Of a stretch of DNA of 64,000 nt, positions 26,437 through 39,615 are shown one piece after another (the stretch's first letter is position 1; each line of letters begins with the position of its first letter). Location of the stretch: positions 1-64,000 of the forward strand of contig ADNK01000778.1 in assembly GCA_000320545.1 (NCBI GenBank), given 5' to 3'. The DNA comes from Bigelowiella natans CCMP2755. Taxonomy: Eukaryota > Protista > Cercozoa. Under the pieces are notes generated by a model. That model saw nothing but the letters and a program-made list of their open reading frames with translations, was not told where the DNA came from and did no database searches. The translations under genes and the position numbers were made by a program.

Positions 26437-27367
26437 CGCACCAGATCATTACAATCAAAATTGCATCTTTGTCATCATCATCATCAAGAATCATAGCTAC
26501 GCACTCTACCACTTCTACTACTCCTCGTTTCTCTAATAGAGTACCGTATCATCCTTCTTCAATGTGTTTTCATAATAATCTATCGTTGTCTATCCTCCTT
26601 TCCAACATCACCGATCCGCGTTGTTCAACAATTGAATTAGATCCAAGACAGCATGATGATGGAGGTACCTACTGCTGCTCATACTTCTATCTATCTCTAC
26701 CTCTCTTTCTCTTTGCGTATGTCATTAGTCTCTTGAGTCTTAAGTGTGCATTTGTGAGGGCAATATCCATCGGCCATCCACACACACACACACACACACA
26801 CACCACCACCACCACCATTTTCCTAAGATCTGACTAAAACTGACCGGTTTCTCCTCCTCCTCCTCCTTCTCTTGCTACTTCTCGAGCAGAAGATGCGCTC
26901 TAAGATCGCAGGGCTCAAGAACAAGATGAAGCGGAGAGGGTATGTGGATGATGATAGGAGAGAACGGAGGAGGAGGAGGAGGAAGAGGAGAGGAAGAATG
27001 TGGATTCACTGTTCTGCCTTTTGCTGCTGATGGTTGTGGTGGATATTGGATAATGATGCTGATGATGATGACGATGATGATAACAATGCGTGCGCTGCCT
27101 CTGCAGATCTAGTGCTCGTCGTGCGCGACTTGACGCTAATTCGAGGGGATTGGATACTGGAGGCCTGCTGAGCTCCACGGCACCAATAGCACGAGGTAAT
27201 AATGCACTGTAAGTGTTGTAATCGACCGTACTAAGTTTGTTGCCTGTTCAAACCAACATCGTATTATTGTGTGCTTTCTCTCTCAGAGGTATAGTAGTAC
27301 AGGATATTATGTGTCCCTTAATCCTCGCAGCACAAACATGCACACCCACACCATGGTTCACCAATAA

Positions 27368-27408
<41 letters not shown>

Positions 27409-29032
27409 CATAGGGTCCGCCTCCTCGCGAGAGGGAAGTACGTTGATGCTGAACAACTTCAGGTCGCTTGGTCGAAACCTGCTTTGAGAGACTCTCTTCC
27501 TCTTCCTCTTCTTCTTCTTCCTGATGCATCAAATTTGCCCCTGAGAATCATGCTAAGATGATGTAAGCTGCACTTTCCTAGAGATACTGAATACATTCGA
27601 TTGTCTACTACAATAGATCCGGTTCTCCACAAGATAATAACAACAACTCATTGGCGAAGACAGCTGAGCACCTTCCTCTCTCTCACTCTTTATCAAGGTC
27701 AATCCATCGATCCATCAGTCCACGACCACTACCACTACTAAGAGAATATCTATCTTACTGTTGGAAAGATGTGATGATGATTATGATTATGATCATATTG
27801 TATACTGACGAAAACGGCAATAAGCACTTTTCCCATGAACACGATCGTGATATGATTGGTCTTCTGATATTCCTGGTTAATGAACTATCCATGTTCGTAG
27901 TTCAACGAGAGAGGCGGCTGTGCGTTCTTCCTGCAACGACGACATTCAGAACACTCTGTCCAGGTTTAAAGGATGACATCAATATAGTTGTGGAAAGAAG
28001 AAAGACGGCTCAAACCATGCTGGCGAGAGTTTGTTGTTGTTGTTGGTGTTGTGTGTGTTCTCCCCCCTCTGGCCTCGTGTCTCTTTGCTATCGTTTGCAT
28101 ATGATACAAAAACTGCTCCTCCCTCCCCCAACTCTCTCTCTCTTCCTCTCCCACTCAGACAAGCAACTCCAGACTTAGATTGGTCTGAAGGAGGGGGAAG
28201 CTTCAGGGGGAGGTACGTGTGTGTGATACATGTGTGCATTTGTTTAGGGTTCGATGTGCTACTATCTGACTTTCCGGAATTATCGTTGTTGATGTTCATT
28301 GATTCATTCACAGGCTGATCAAGCTGAAGAAACGTACCAGTCGAAGGCACCTTACGTCACCAAACCATTTACGCGGTCCTCCTTCAAGATCGCAGCCCTC
28401 ATCCCCGATGACGAACCCTTCGTCTCCGATAAGCTCAGGTATTGCTACGACTCTACGACTACTACTTACTACTCTACACCACTACACGATGATAATGATA
28501 TTATTTAATCGAGGGAGGGAGGGGGAAATGTTTTTGTTTTCATCGAGTTTATGTGAATCTATCCACACCATTATTATGATTATTATAATTATTATTAATA
28601 TTATTATTAATACTATTATTATTATTATTATCATATATTCCTCATTGTGTGTAAATTTTTACCTTCTAAGACGCGTCTGATGCAACCTCGGCTACAGCCC
28701 CACGTAATCAACAAGCCAATTTTCTCTCCGTTTGATTCTATTTTCATAAGGGAAGCAGTTTATCCCATCATTGGGGGTTGTTATTCAAAAATCTATTGTC
28801 TTGGTGTACGTTCTGATCTTTACCTGCATCAAGAGTTTATCTGTTTTTGTTTGCTCTTGTCCGCCATTCAGACATAGGCAGAACCGCTTCTTCGTCCTCT
28901 ACCGAAGTACTGACTCCACCGAGGTGCGAAGAACAACCCTTAAATAATTGGCGATGATCGATATCACTAGTCAATTCACAATTATGTGGGATTGGTGGAA
29001 GAGAGGCCATTTACCCAGGCGTTCCACGTCAG

Positions 29033-29065
<33 letters not shown>

Positions 29066-29899
29066 TCCATTCTTATGCAGGAGGCCATCTCGCGCAAAGG
29101 CAGCAGCGCGACCCACGCCTGGGAGACAAGCGGTACGGTGATTGGTATATCTTGGGAGGAAGATGAATGATATACAAAAGAATTGTTGTCATCAGCGTTC
29201 GCGCGAATGGTGCAACACTTCCTCTTCGGAGAGGAAAGCATGAATACGATGATGAGCGGCAAAGAATAATCACCATCTCATATTACCACTATCCATCATT
29301 CCATCGCATAACAATTCGCAGGGAACCGAATGGGGAAACGTAGAAGCCATCGCGCACAAGGTGGGCGCCGAATATGCGTCTGAGGAGGAACTACGACCAC
29401 TTGACGATCCCTCCGGGTATGGAAGAAGAAGAAGAAGAGAAATGAGACAGAATTGTCTGCATATATCTTATCACCCTCCCACCGAGGATCACACCATTCT
29501 CACCTATACGCCATTTACCACCCAATAGCGACATGAAGCGCGCCATTCGAGGCATCAAATCGGGAGATTGGTCCACAAGATTTAAGGCGATGAACAATAT
29601 GCGGAGAATGGCAATGCACCATGCAGGTACTTACTACGCCTCCTTTCGTGTAGAAAGAGAGAGGGTAGAGGAGGAGGAATCTCTGGAACAATAAGAACAA
29701 CAAACAGCAGCAGAAACAAATGAATGGAAACATCGACAAAATCATATTTGATTTAACCCCCCCAATATCGTCGGTTGTGATCCCTTTCCGTCGCCATGAC
29801 GATCTTGCTTATGCTTGTTGTCAGACACGTTGAGACCTCACACGAAGCGAGTTTGTGGATTACTTAAAAGTAGTAGTAGACCTGCTCATACACACACAC

Positions 29900-29947
<48 letters not shown>

Positions 29948-31332
29948 TTTTATAATATGTGAAATTTTGGTTCTCTTTTTCCGCACTCAATTACGTAAAA
30001 GCATTTTCACCACCCAAACGCCCTCTTTGTTCCTTAAATACCCCCCCCTTCTTCTTCTGCTTCTTCTTCGTTCGTTCTTCTTAATCTTTAACTTTTCCCA
30101 GCAAACTTGGAGTCCTTACGATCCATCGAATTGAAGAATGCGATCCTGACCATCGTCGATTTCACCCGATTTCTCCGAAAGGTAGCAATCCATCAACAGA
30201 CATCTTATTAAAAAGTAATTTATCAAAGCAGCATACTTCTGATCTTTCTTCCTCACCTCTTCTGCGCTATGTTGCCATTATGATCACCGATGTCGCCGTC
30301 GTCATTGTCGTTGTCGTCGTGTAAATTTCCTCCTCCTCAGGACATGGACGTGTGCGTGGACGCACTCCTCCCGCTCCTTCTCAAGAAAGCCACTGAATCG
30401 AACCAGTAAGCAGCAGTAGTAGTAGTAGTAGTGTGAGTGCTCGAGAATCTATATATGTGTGTGTGCGTTTGTGCGTGTGGAATACAAAACACATTTATGG
30501 TTGCCACAAAATTCTGCCACATGCAGAGGTTACAAATACTCATCATCATCATCATCATAATCATCTCCATTTGCCAGGTTCATACGGAAGGAGGCGCTGC
30601 TCTCGCTGGACTCGATGGTCAAGAATCTAACCAAGACAAAGTTTCTCACCTCGCTTCTTACGGCCTTTCACGGCGGTCAGTTTTCGTTAGTCGTACTTAC
30701 TTCTTGCTTTGTTTTTGAGGGAGAGGGGGGGGAGGGGGGTGGAGAAAAAGATGAAGAAGTTCAGTCTTTCTCCTTCCGCATAGCGTCATGTTTTATAGAT
30801 ATCTTTTAATTTGATTGATGTAATGAGATTATGATGCTTGTCTTATTAGGAAAGGGAGCAAAAGCAATACGCCAGCCTTGCGCTGAGTACATAAAGAATG
30901 TAAGAAGAAATCGTGATTGCTAACTCCGTAACATGTCCAAAGCCAGTCAGTGTCGATGTTCTTCTTCATCGATATACTTCCTTTCTCTCTTTTCTCTCTT
31001 TTCTCTCTCTCTCCCTGTCTGTCTCTTTTCATATTCGTAGACAATTGCTGCTATGGGCTCTCGTATAGCCACGTATCGAAACCTAGAGCGCGTTTTAAAG
31101 ACTATGGGAATAATATTGGTGAGGGCAATCATCACCTTTATCGTCATCATCATCAATCATCATCGTTGTCATCACACGCGGCGTTCCTTTGTGATTTTAA
31201 CCGTTGAATGTGCTTCACTGCGGTTCAGTCTGAGGGATCGCTCTCTACGAGGCAAGTAGGAAAGAGAATGGTCTTCCAACTGGCAAAGGTGTGAAAAGGA
31301 GGAGGGGGGAAGGATGACGATATAATGTGTGC

Positions 31333-31369
<37 letters not shown>

Positions 31370-31475
31370 GCGCGCTGCGGACAAGCATGTCTCTTTTCCC
31401 TCTCTCTCTCTCCCCCCCCCCCCCCCCCCTAGTTCTATCATGGGATAAGTGGAGGGCTTTTGTCAACGATGATGT

Positions 31476-31513
<38 letters not shown>

Positions 31514-32066
31514 GGATGGAGGAAGGGATGAGGATGATGATAATTGAGAATATGGTATATAATGGTACAAAACGATGAATCTTAGGCTCTCGGAGAGCAA
31601 GAGCTGGTTGCGCAATGTGGAAGTAAGTACAAGCTGTAGATCTAAGAAAATGAAAGAAGAATGAGAATTAGAAACGAGGAGGAGGAGATGGTGATGGTGA
31701 TGGTGGGGAAGAAGGATGAGAAGAAAGCAAGTATTACAAATAATTTTGTCTGTAGCTAGATATAAGTCGTAGTATCATACTGAGAGCTACTCATTTACGT
31801 ACTTACCAACTTACTTACCTGTCAACCTACCTACCTACTGCTACAGGGATAGTGTCTTCATCAGAGTTTCTCTCTCTACAGAAAGTTCTGGAGAAAGGGG
31901 TGAGTAGTGAGTCAGCGAGTGAGTGAGTCAGTGAGTGAGTGAGTAAGTATCCACAGCCTGCTGCTACTGCTACTGCAATGCATAGACGACTTGGCGGATA
32001 GATGGTATTACTATAAGTCCCTTGCGGACCACTGTATCAGCGAGATACGGAATATGGAATATGATA

Positions 32067-32112
<46 letters not shown>

Positions 32113-32467
32113 ACATGTGTCATCCATCTTGCATTTCCTCGATAGCTGAACCCAGGTTGCTGCTGCTGTTGTTGTTGTTGTTGTTTTCGGTATGATACAC
32201 AGGAGGCGGAGTTAGAAATGTCAAGCCTTACTTCGTTCTCCCGTCGAGATTCTGTGGTCAACCGCACCCCCAGCAGCAGGCCAGGTGATAAAAGGAAATC
32301 ATTGAAGATGACAAAAATAGCTTAGAGAAATTAAGAAGAATCTAGTACCGATTTGATGTTTGTATCTTGGCCTACTGCTGTTATTACTACACTGCTACTA
32401 CTACTACTACTACTATGTGTGTGCATACATCCTATACGTACATTTGCACTAGACACGCACACACAAG

Positions 32468-32504
<37 letters not shown>

Positions 32505-33021
32505 TATCATAGGGTCCAAGTTGAAACAACGATATGGGCGCACTCCGGTGTGTATTGCCTCGAAGTGCACCTTGAATGAGAGAGACGAGAGACGAGAGGG
32601 AGAAAGAAAAACAAGATGGGAGGGGGAGAGATAACAAATGCTGCATTGACTTGGGTGAATAATATCATCGTAAACGATCTGATCATTGTACTGCAAGCAG
32701 GGCCGTACCACTCGAGCAAACTCTCGGACAAACTCGAGGATGATGGCCTCCAGAGAGTCTAAGGTGATTGTGGGGGTCTCACGAAGAAAAAGCTACAAGA
32801 CCGCAAGAAATATATCACATGCATATATGTTTCACATAGAAATAGAACAAAAAAAGAAGAAAACGTTTTATTTGTGTAGTTCCCTTGGTTGTCATCATCG
32901 TTGGCAGCATCGTGGCAGCCTATATTGTCCGTACTCATTATAACGTATCGTCGTCGTCCTCATCATCGTCATCATCGTCCACAGGTAGTGGAGAGCGCTC
33001 GGGATCTATCAAGAGGTAAGT

Positions 33022-33059
<38 letters not shown>

Positions 33060-33118
33060 CACGTTGGTTGTAGGAGCAGCTACGATGTTCAGCATTTTAT
33101 TGGAAATAACATGGTGGT

Positions 33119-33169
<51 letters not shown>

Positions 33170-33640
33170 CGCGCGCGCGCGCGCTACACAATACAGGTGG
33201 AGTATACAGCGCGAAGAAGAAGACCAGAGTCGCTGCTGGTGCAAAGGGATCCTCTGTGTCGTCGCAAAACAGTGCTGCTGATGACGACAGTTTGGGAGAA
33301 ATATTCAGCAACATCGATGGTATAGCACATTAGGATAGGATGTACTTTGCCATTTAAGAGCAATAAGGAAGATGCTTCTCCACACAGACCAACTAAACAC
33401 GATAGTTTTCCTAGTACTGTTAATGTTTCGGGATAACATCAATCATGGCGTTAAGGAGGACACCGATGATTTTGTCCAAAGTTTCAACACAAATCATCGG
33501 TGTTAAGGGGCGTTTCCATGAATTTCAAAGCCTAGTTGTCAATCATTTCAAACTTTTCTCTGCATGTCCTTACTGATTCAACATACATGTAAAAGGCAAA
33601 GACTGGCGAACTAAAGTCCAAGGAATAGAGGTATACACTA

Positions 33641-33695
<55 letters not shown>

Positions 33696-35455
33696 CCATT
33701 ATCATAAGGCCTCAATCATTGTGTTTTGTGCTTTCAAAGATGTTTGTTGTAAGTCTTATTGTGTTTGACGTATGGGATCTGCTGGACCTAGGCATTGGGA
33801 GAGCTAGTTAGCAGTAATTCCAGTCTCGTGGCGCGTCATGCCTCCCGCATAGTTGACCGGTGAGTGTATCACCAAGATATCGATAACAAGCTTACAACAA
33901 CAACAACAACAACAATAACGAACAAACACGACGGCAGTAAGAACTAGGTGTACTTAAATTTGGTGCTGGTGCAGCAATAAAATCATCACACATTTTTTCA
34001 AAGAATGAGTTGGCGTCCGAACGATTGTTTCCTACATTAGACTCAACAAGCGCCTGGATGATGGGAATGCTAAGGTACTGATGGACGGATGCACGCTCAA
34101 AGATAAAAAAGAAAAATGAGAGGATCATCATTATTACCACCGACCGTCTTCAATCACTACTACTGTGGTAAATAGGTTAACATTGTAGCTTTGAAGACTC
34201 TAGGGTCATTAGCGGCACAGATAAAGAGTATGTCGAGCTCAGAGGTATTTGCGTCACGTACACTCAGCAGCGCGCCAGAAATTATGAATTCCACTTTCTT
34301 GTTTGAAGTCTCTCACAGTAGACTTGATATTCTGAGAATCCATCTGTTGTTGTTGTTGTTGATGATGATGATGATGTTGATGTTGTCATCGTCGTGGTCT
34401 AAATTAGAATTATCACAGAATTCCATTTTCCAGTTTTATAATTCTTCAATTTTTTTTGGGGGGGTGCAGAGTAGATACGAGCACAGCTTATATCGAGCGT
34501 GGCTTCACGCATAGGCGCTTCCAACGTCACAATTCGAAAGGTCCTTCATTTGCGTCGTATTATACCGTATCTTCTTACATGCGCTTTATACTTGTAACTG
34601 CTTATCACGTAGATGGCCTCCAATGTCCTGGAAACATTCATCAACACGTTAGAGGTCTCGAGTCTCGTTAAGGTAGACACGACAATAACCAGTTCGTCGT
34701 AGTCATCATCCACTTATTGATATAATTATCTCCTCCTCCTCCTCCTCCTTGTATTCATTCTCTACTTCTCCCTCCTTCACATCCACTAATTACTAATTGC
34801 TGTTTCCACTGCTGCCCCAACGCCTCTCCCCTCTCAGCCGTTATCATCGGCCACACTCTTTGGGAAGCTCTCGACGCGTCCGGCTATGCTTAGCAAGATA
34901 TTGCCGCTCATAGAACGGGCGAGCACTGCCCAGGTAACTGCAACAACATCATAGTTACTAGTTGTATATGCGTGTGTACCGTGAGACCTTGTAATCGTGC
35001 TACCTGTATGCTTTTGAAATCCTGTGTTTTTGAGTCTCTCCTTCTTCTCCTTTCCGCTATTATCTGTCTCTCTAATGTGTATGGTGGCGTACGCGTGTGT
35101 GTTCTGTTATCTCTTTACGGTTGCTAGATTCGCAAGCACATCATACCCCTTTCCCTGATTTTGCTCAAGGCAAAAAGGTTGGCTATTTTGGGGGGGGGGG
35201 GAATTGTAAGCGATTTATGTTATTCCCCTGCTTCAAATGATGGTTTCCAATTTCTTAATGAGGCATTGATACATTATGAATGTGGCGCTAGTAGTCCTTA
35301 TCAGCAGCAGCATCAGTTATCGAGATATTTGTTCTTGCAATGGATTTGTTTTTACCATTTCCTTCTCCTCGGTCGTCAGCACTGCTGCTCTAGATAGATA
35401 TTAGGCCTGAATCTGTCGTTTTGTTGTGTTCGTTGCGATTGTATTAATCATGTTT

Positions 35456-35500
<45 letters not shown>

Positions 35501-35645
35501 GCCCTGTGCGTCATCGATGTGGTGCAGCAATTCTCCGGAGGTAAGGGATGGCAACATCAGGTACAAAATAAGAGGAGGAACACTCCTGTTGACAAGCTAA
35601 TTTCATATCGAGCCATTAATTCAGCTCACACAAAGACACACACGT

Positions 35646-35686
<41 letters not shown>

Positions 35687-35958
35687 GAATGTGAAGACAT
35701 AGATGGACACACTACCTTTCGCTGACGTGTTTCTCCTTCAACCGCAGAGTGATTCGGAGCGTGTATTCTATCTTGGGAGACAAGCTCTATGACGCGACAG
35801 CTGTAAAGAGGTCTTAATCAATAAACAGCACAGGAAATATCGAATCCACACGTCCATATGCTGATACTCCTGTGTTTTTGCTGTTGTTATTGTTGCTTTG
35901 CCTATATTTCAGATTGTCTCACGACCAACTTCAAAAGTTACGGGATATAACAGGCTAA
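19316..35958 (+). CDS. TOGARAM1: TOG array regulator of axonemal microtubules (crescerin/FAM179/CHE-12), four TOG domains, many introns
   Basis: HEAT/TOG exons: CLVDESWSVSHQCLLLL, LPHIVMSLGSRK; FVPTDVIEQL, QKFAETKLVIRVEMKLFKTLL...LADDNWQVRMQVVHVIILALL; IKSGDWSTRFKAMNNMRRMA, SLRSIELKNAI, LLLKKATESNQFIRKEA; KDWRTKVQGIE, LDGNAK; ends LQKLRDITG*. Start tentative. Confidence 0.85.
25816..25857 (+). repeat. 19-bp direct repeat TCGAAGATTTGTCAGCATT x2 with a 4-bp spacer
   Basis: Copies at 25816-25834 and 25839-25857. Confidence 0.95.
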
Positions 35959-36800
35959 ACAGTTGGAAATCGATGCTATGACTACATTAGAAGTTGCTTA
36001 TCAATTTCCAGGCGATATGCTCTAAGTGCCGTGTGAGACGAAAATGAAGTTATAAAATAATAGCTACGTTACTAAAGACTTGCCCACGAACACAAGTATG
36101 AAATATTATCAGCAATCTAGCATTGCTATTGTAACGGCTAAGATATCTGTAACCACAGCTTCTAGCAGTTGCGTGTGTCCATAATTGAATACACATCTTG
36201 CATCGCAATGTATATCTGGGCATTGGCATCAATATATTTCATCACTATGAGCTGGTCGCCGCAGCCTCATCAGAAGCGTATCCACACTGCTTTTCACTGC
36301 CTCGGCTATGATGCCAGGCCAGCAGCGAAATTCAGCAGCATTGCTAGATTGTACGTAGGTGTAAAACTGCAAGGTACAGCATGTAGCATCAAACCAACAA
36401 ACATGAAACAAAATGCTACAGCTGTCGCCGCTTTTGCACATATTATATTATTAGGATGATCGTTGAAATTTTTAATGTGTTATTCACTACATCCACCTCA
36501 TTCACATGGTGGTAGTACAACATGCATGCATACAGAGGGTCAGCTAGTCAGTATCGGTTAGACTATATAAGACCGCGTAATATAGGTGCATACATGTACG
36601 GTTGTCGACTACTTTATTACGATGATACAAATAGCTATGAACGTAATAAGGGTCGCCTCGGTGAGTGCGAAGACGGGCACATGCATGTGAGCTGCCTGTA
36701 AATATGCGTCTACATGTGCCCTTACTACCCTTGCAAAAAGTGGCATATGCATGTACACCGTCACAATATTGTAGCAATACAGTCTCTACATAGGGCTTTT

Positions 36801-39121
36801 TTAAACTCTGTTGTTAATTGCATGTTGCTCTCTAATGCTTGGAGTTTCATCTATAAACTGAATCACACACTTTGCCTTGACCTTTACAGCACGTCTTAAG
36901 TACGTTCCTCTACAGATTGGACATACGGGAGACTGCGAAATGGGAACAAGCAAAAACTTAAAATTTGAGACCAAGAAGATTTGCGAAAACAGGCTGCACC
37001 TTTTTTGACACGTTGATTTGGAAATTCTCAAAATTGAGAAGGCATTTTTCATGGAAAAGATGCGAGCAGCTCAACAGAGTGCATTTTTTCTTTGAGCGGA
37101 GATTGCTCATACATATCGGACAATCTATGAAGACATCATTAGCAACAAACTTAGATCAGTTTTGAAAAGATATAGCGACTACTTTCCTGCAATTACATTT
37201 TTTTTTTTACCTGACTCGTCTCTCTTTTGCCATTCTACGCTGGCAGAGCTCCATTGATCTGGAGCCAGCAACGTTCCGCGAATCTAAAGCGTTTCCGAAC
37301 GATAAGTGGAAAAGCTTTTCCTCGTATCCACATGGGCAACAACATACGTCAACATCATCTACCTCCGCTGCTTCCATAGCCATCTTAGAAAGCTGTAGAT
37401 TCGATTCCATTTGAGCAAATAAAAGATCCAAGGCATCCTATGACGGTATTTTAGGTTCGTTGTTTCAGGCTATTTATCGTGAGATGGGATTGCTTTCTCT
37501 ACACACAGAACCTGTTTCTTGTCGACCTGTTTAACCATCTGCTTTGTAGTTTGTTTAAGTTTCCTTTTGAACATTTTGCATTAGAAGTCGCATGATCAGC
37601 GGTGGCGTTAGGTAAATCATAATGATTCTATAACAGCTGTCGCACGAAAGTGCGACTTTCTTTATACACATGGCGGAGCATAGCCAACTGAAGGGAACTA
37701 CTGTGTAAATACCTTATTAAATGCTGCCTTTTCACTAGTGGGTGCGATGGCGGAAATCTGAACCATGTGGGTATAATCTAAGCGTCGCCATGTGCACTCT
37801 CAAGAATAGTAGGTTTTTGTTCTTACTTATCCAGTAACTCGAAGTACTTCTTCCTCGCAATATATCCCTACAGCAGCACAGCATTTAGCCGATGATAACA
37901 CTAAGAAACGCAATTACACATCTAGATAAAAATGAATACCCGGAACCAAGATTGAATGACAACGATGCTCCTTTGCTTAAATATTCGTGCACCGTCATCT
38001 ATAAGCTTCGCTTGATAATCCTGACAGAGAACGACGGTCAGAGAATTCTTGCTTGAAGTTCATTTTTACTATTGCCTTACTTTTGCTCTACAAATCGGAC
38101 AGACGACGTTCCCAGAAAATTTCTCGAAGCTCTTTAAGCACGCTGTTGATGCAGAAAAAGAAAGTTTCACAATATTCCATGTCGTTGTCTTTGTACTTCT
38201 AGCTGATACCGCTGTGGAATACGTGCGAGCAGCTTAGTATAACTTGTGGTTGCGTTCCAAAATGATCCTAAAATGAATTATTATTATAGCTTTCTTCGAT
38301 GGTGATTGAAAGGCATCGAAACATTATTAAGTTGAATTACACAGCATATAGGACACGGTCTGAGATGAGATCCTCTATCTACTGCTGTTTTTCGGAGTCC
38401 CTTCCATTCTTCCTCTGTCAGTTTTGGGGCTGGCTTTTCTGTTATTGAGAAGAGTAAAAATTAGATAACATTACCGACCCCCCTCTCACTCGCTTTCCCT
38501 CTCCCCTTTAGCTCTCTGTGTATCTGTGAATACATAGAGTGCACTCTAAGGTATTTCTAAACTCCAACTATTTCGGTGATGCCAAACCTAAGAGTCCAAC
38601 TCGCTGTGCCAAATTCAAATGGGATCTTTTGCGCTCGGTCATCCTGATATACACCATTTTTGAGTGAATCTCTTGAGCCTTTGATATTAAATTAAGATAA
38701 GTTTAATTCGTAAACCTCGTCTGCCTTCTCCGTGTCATGTTGGAACTCAGGGAATTGTCGATCATATATTTCTGCATAAACGCTGCAGACATTACCGCTG
38801 TGCTCCTACTCTTCGAAGATGCTCTTCCAGCACTCTGAAGTGGACAAAAGCAATGAAAGTTAAGATCTGGCCTCGAAATTGCTTATTTCTATCAATCTCG
38901 CGAGAATATATGCCGACGACCGTCGAATTCCGACGAGATGCATTGGTGCCCCTCTCAGACGATCTTCCGGACGATCTGCCAGACGATCTGCTAGAGTTAT
39001 TATTGGTGTTGCCCTGTCTTCTTCTTTGTGCCCTTAAGCTTTGCGTGTCTTCCCGTCTATTTCGATCGCGTGTCTTTGAGTCTGAATAGGGCCTTCGGGG
39101 GGGAAGTCGGTTCTTCCACAT
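36801..39121 (-). CDS. RNF32: RING finger protein 32-like (RING-IQ-RING), multi-exon
   Basis: LNLAQRVGL ... PKLTEEEWKGLRK ... PCPICC|DHFGTQPQVILSCSHVFHSACLKSFEKFSGNVVCPICRAKDYQ ... IQSWFRGYIARKKY (IQ) ... LLSCSHLFHEKCLLNFENF ... CPICRGTY. Confidence 0.9.
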
Positions 39122-39615
39122 CGTTGATCATCGATCGGTTATAAAGAAAGGGAGAGAGAGAGAGTGATCCTTGTACTACCACCGAGGAGCGTTTCTTTAG
39201 ACTAGAAACAGGCGTTACTCTCCTGGCAGGTACGTTACATGGGTTTAGAAAGAACTAGATCTAATTTCATCGGATAAATATCTTATTCTCGTAATAATAT
39301 TGCACAAATGCGATTTCTCATTTTATACGTCCAGGGATACGGACACGATAATGCAACACGTCACCAATATCGGTCGTATGGTTTTTTGTCTACTAAAGCA
39401 GTCTCCCGACATGTGACTTTTATTATGCGACAGAGTTCGTCCCTGTCGCAGCCAATGTCTGGATGGAGAATACTCCCTCATGCGTTTTGACAGAATTGAA
39501 CCGTTGATTCTTACGAGTCACGAAAGGCGAAATACGGCGGTTTTTACATTGTTTTTGAATTTTCGCATGGAATTACGCGTGAAAGCAAGCATAGAGAGGA
39601 AGCTTATTTGCGCAT

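Noticed and set aside
39174-39235. Imperfect hairpin (AGGAG...GTTTCT/AGAAAC...CTCCT) as a possible ncRNA
   Set aside because: Short stems and no clear snoRNA, tRNA or SECIS boxes; lies in a promoter gap.
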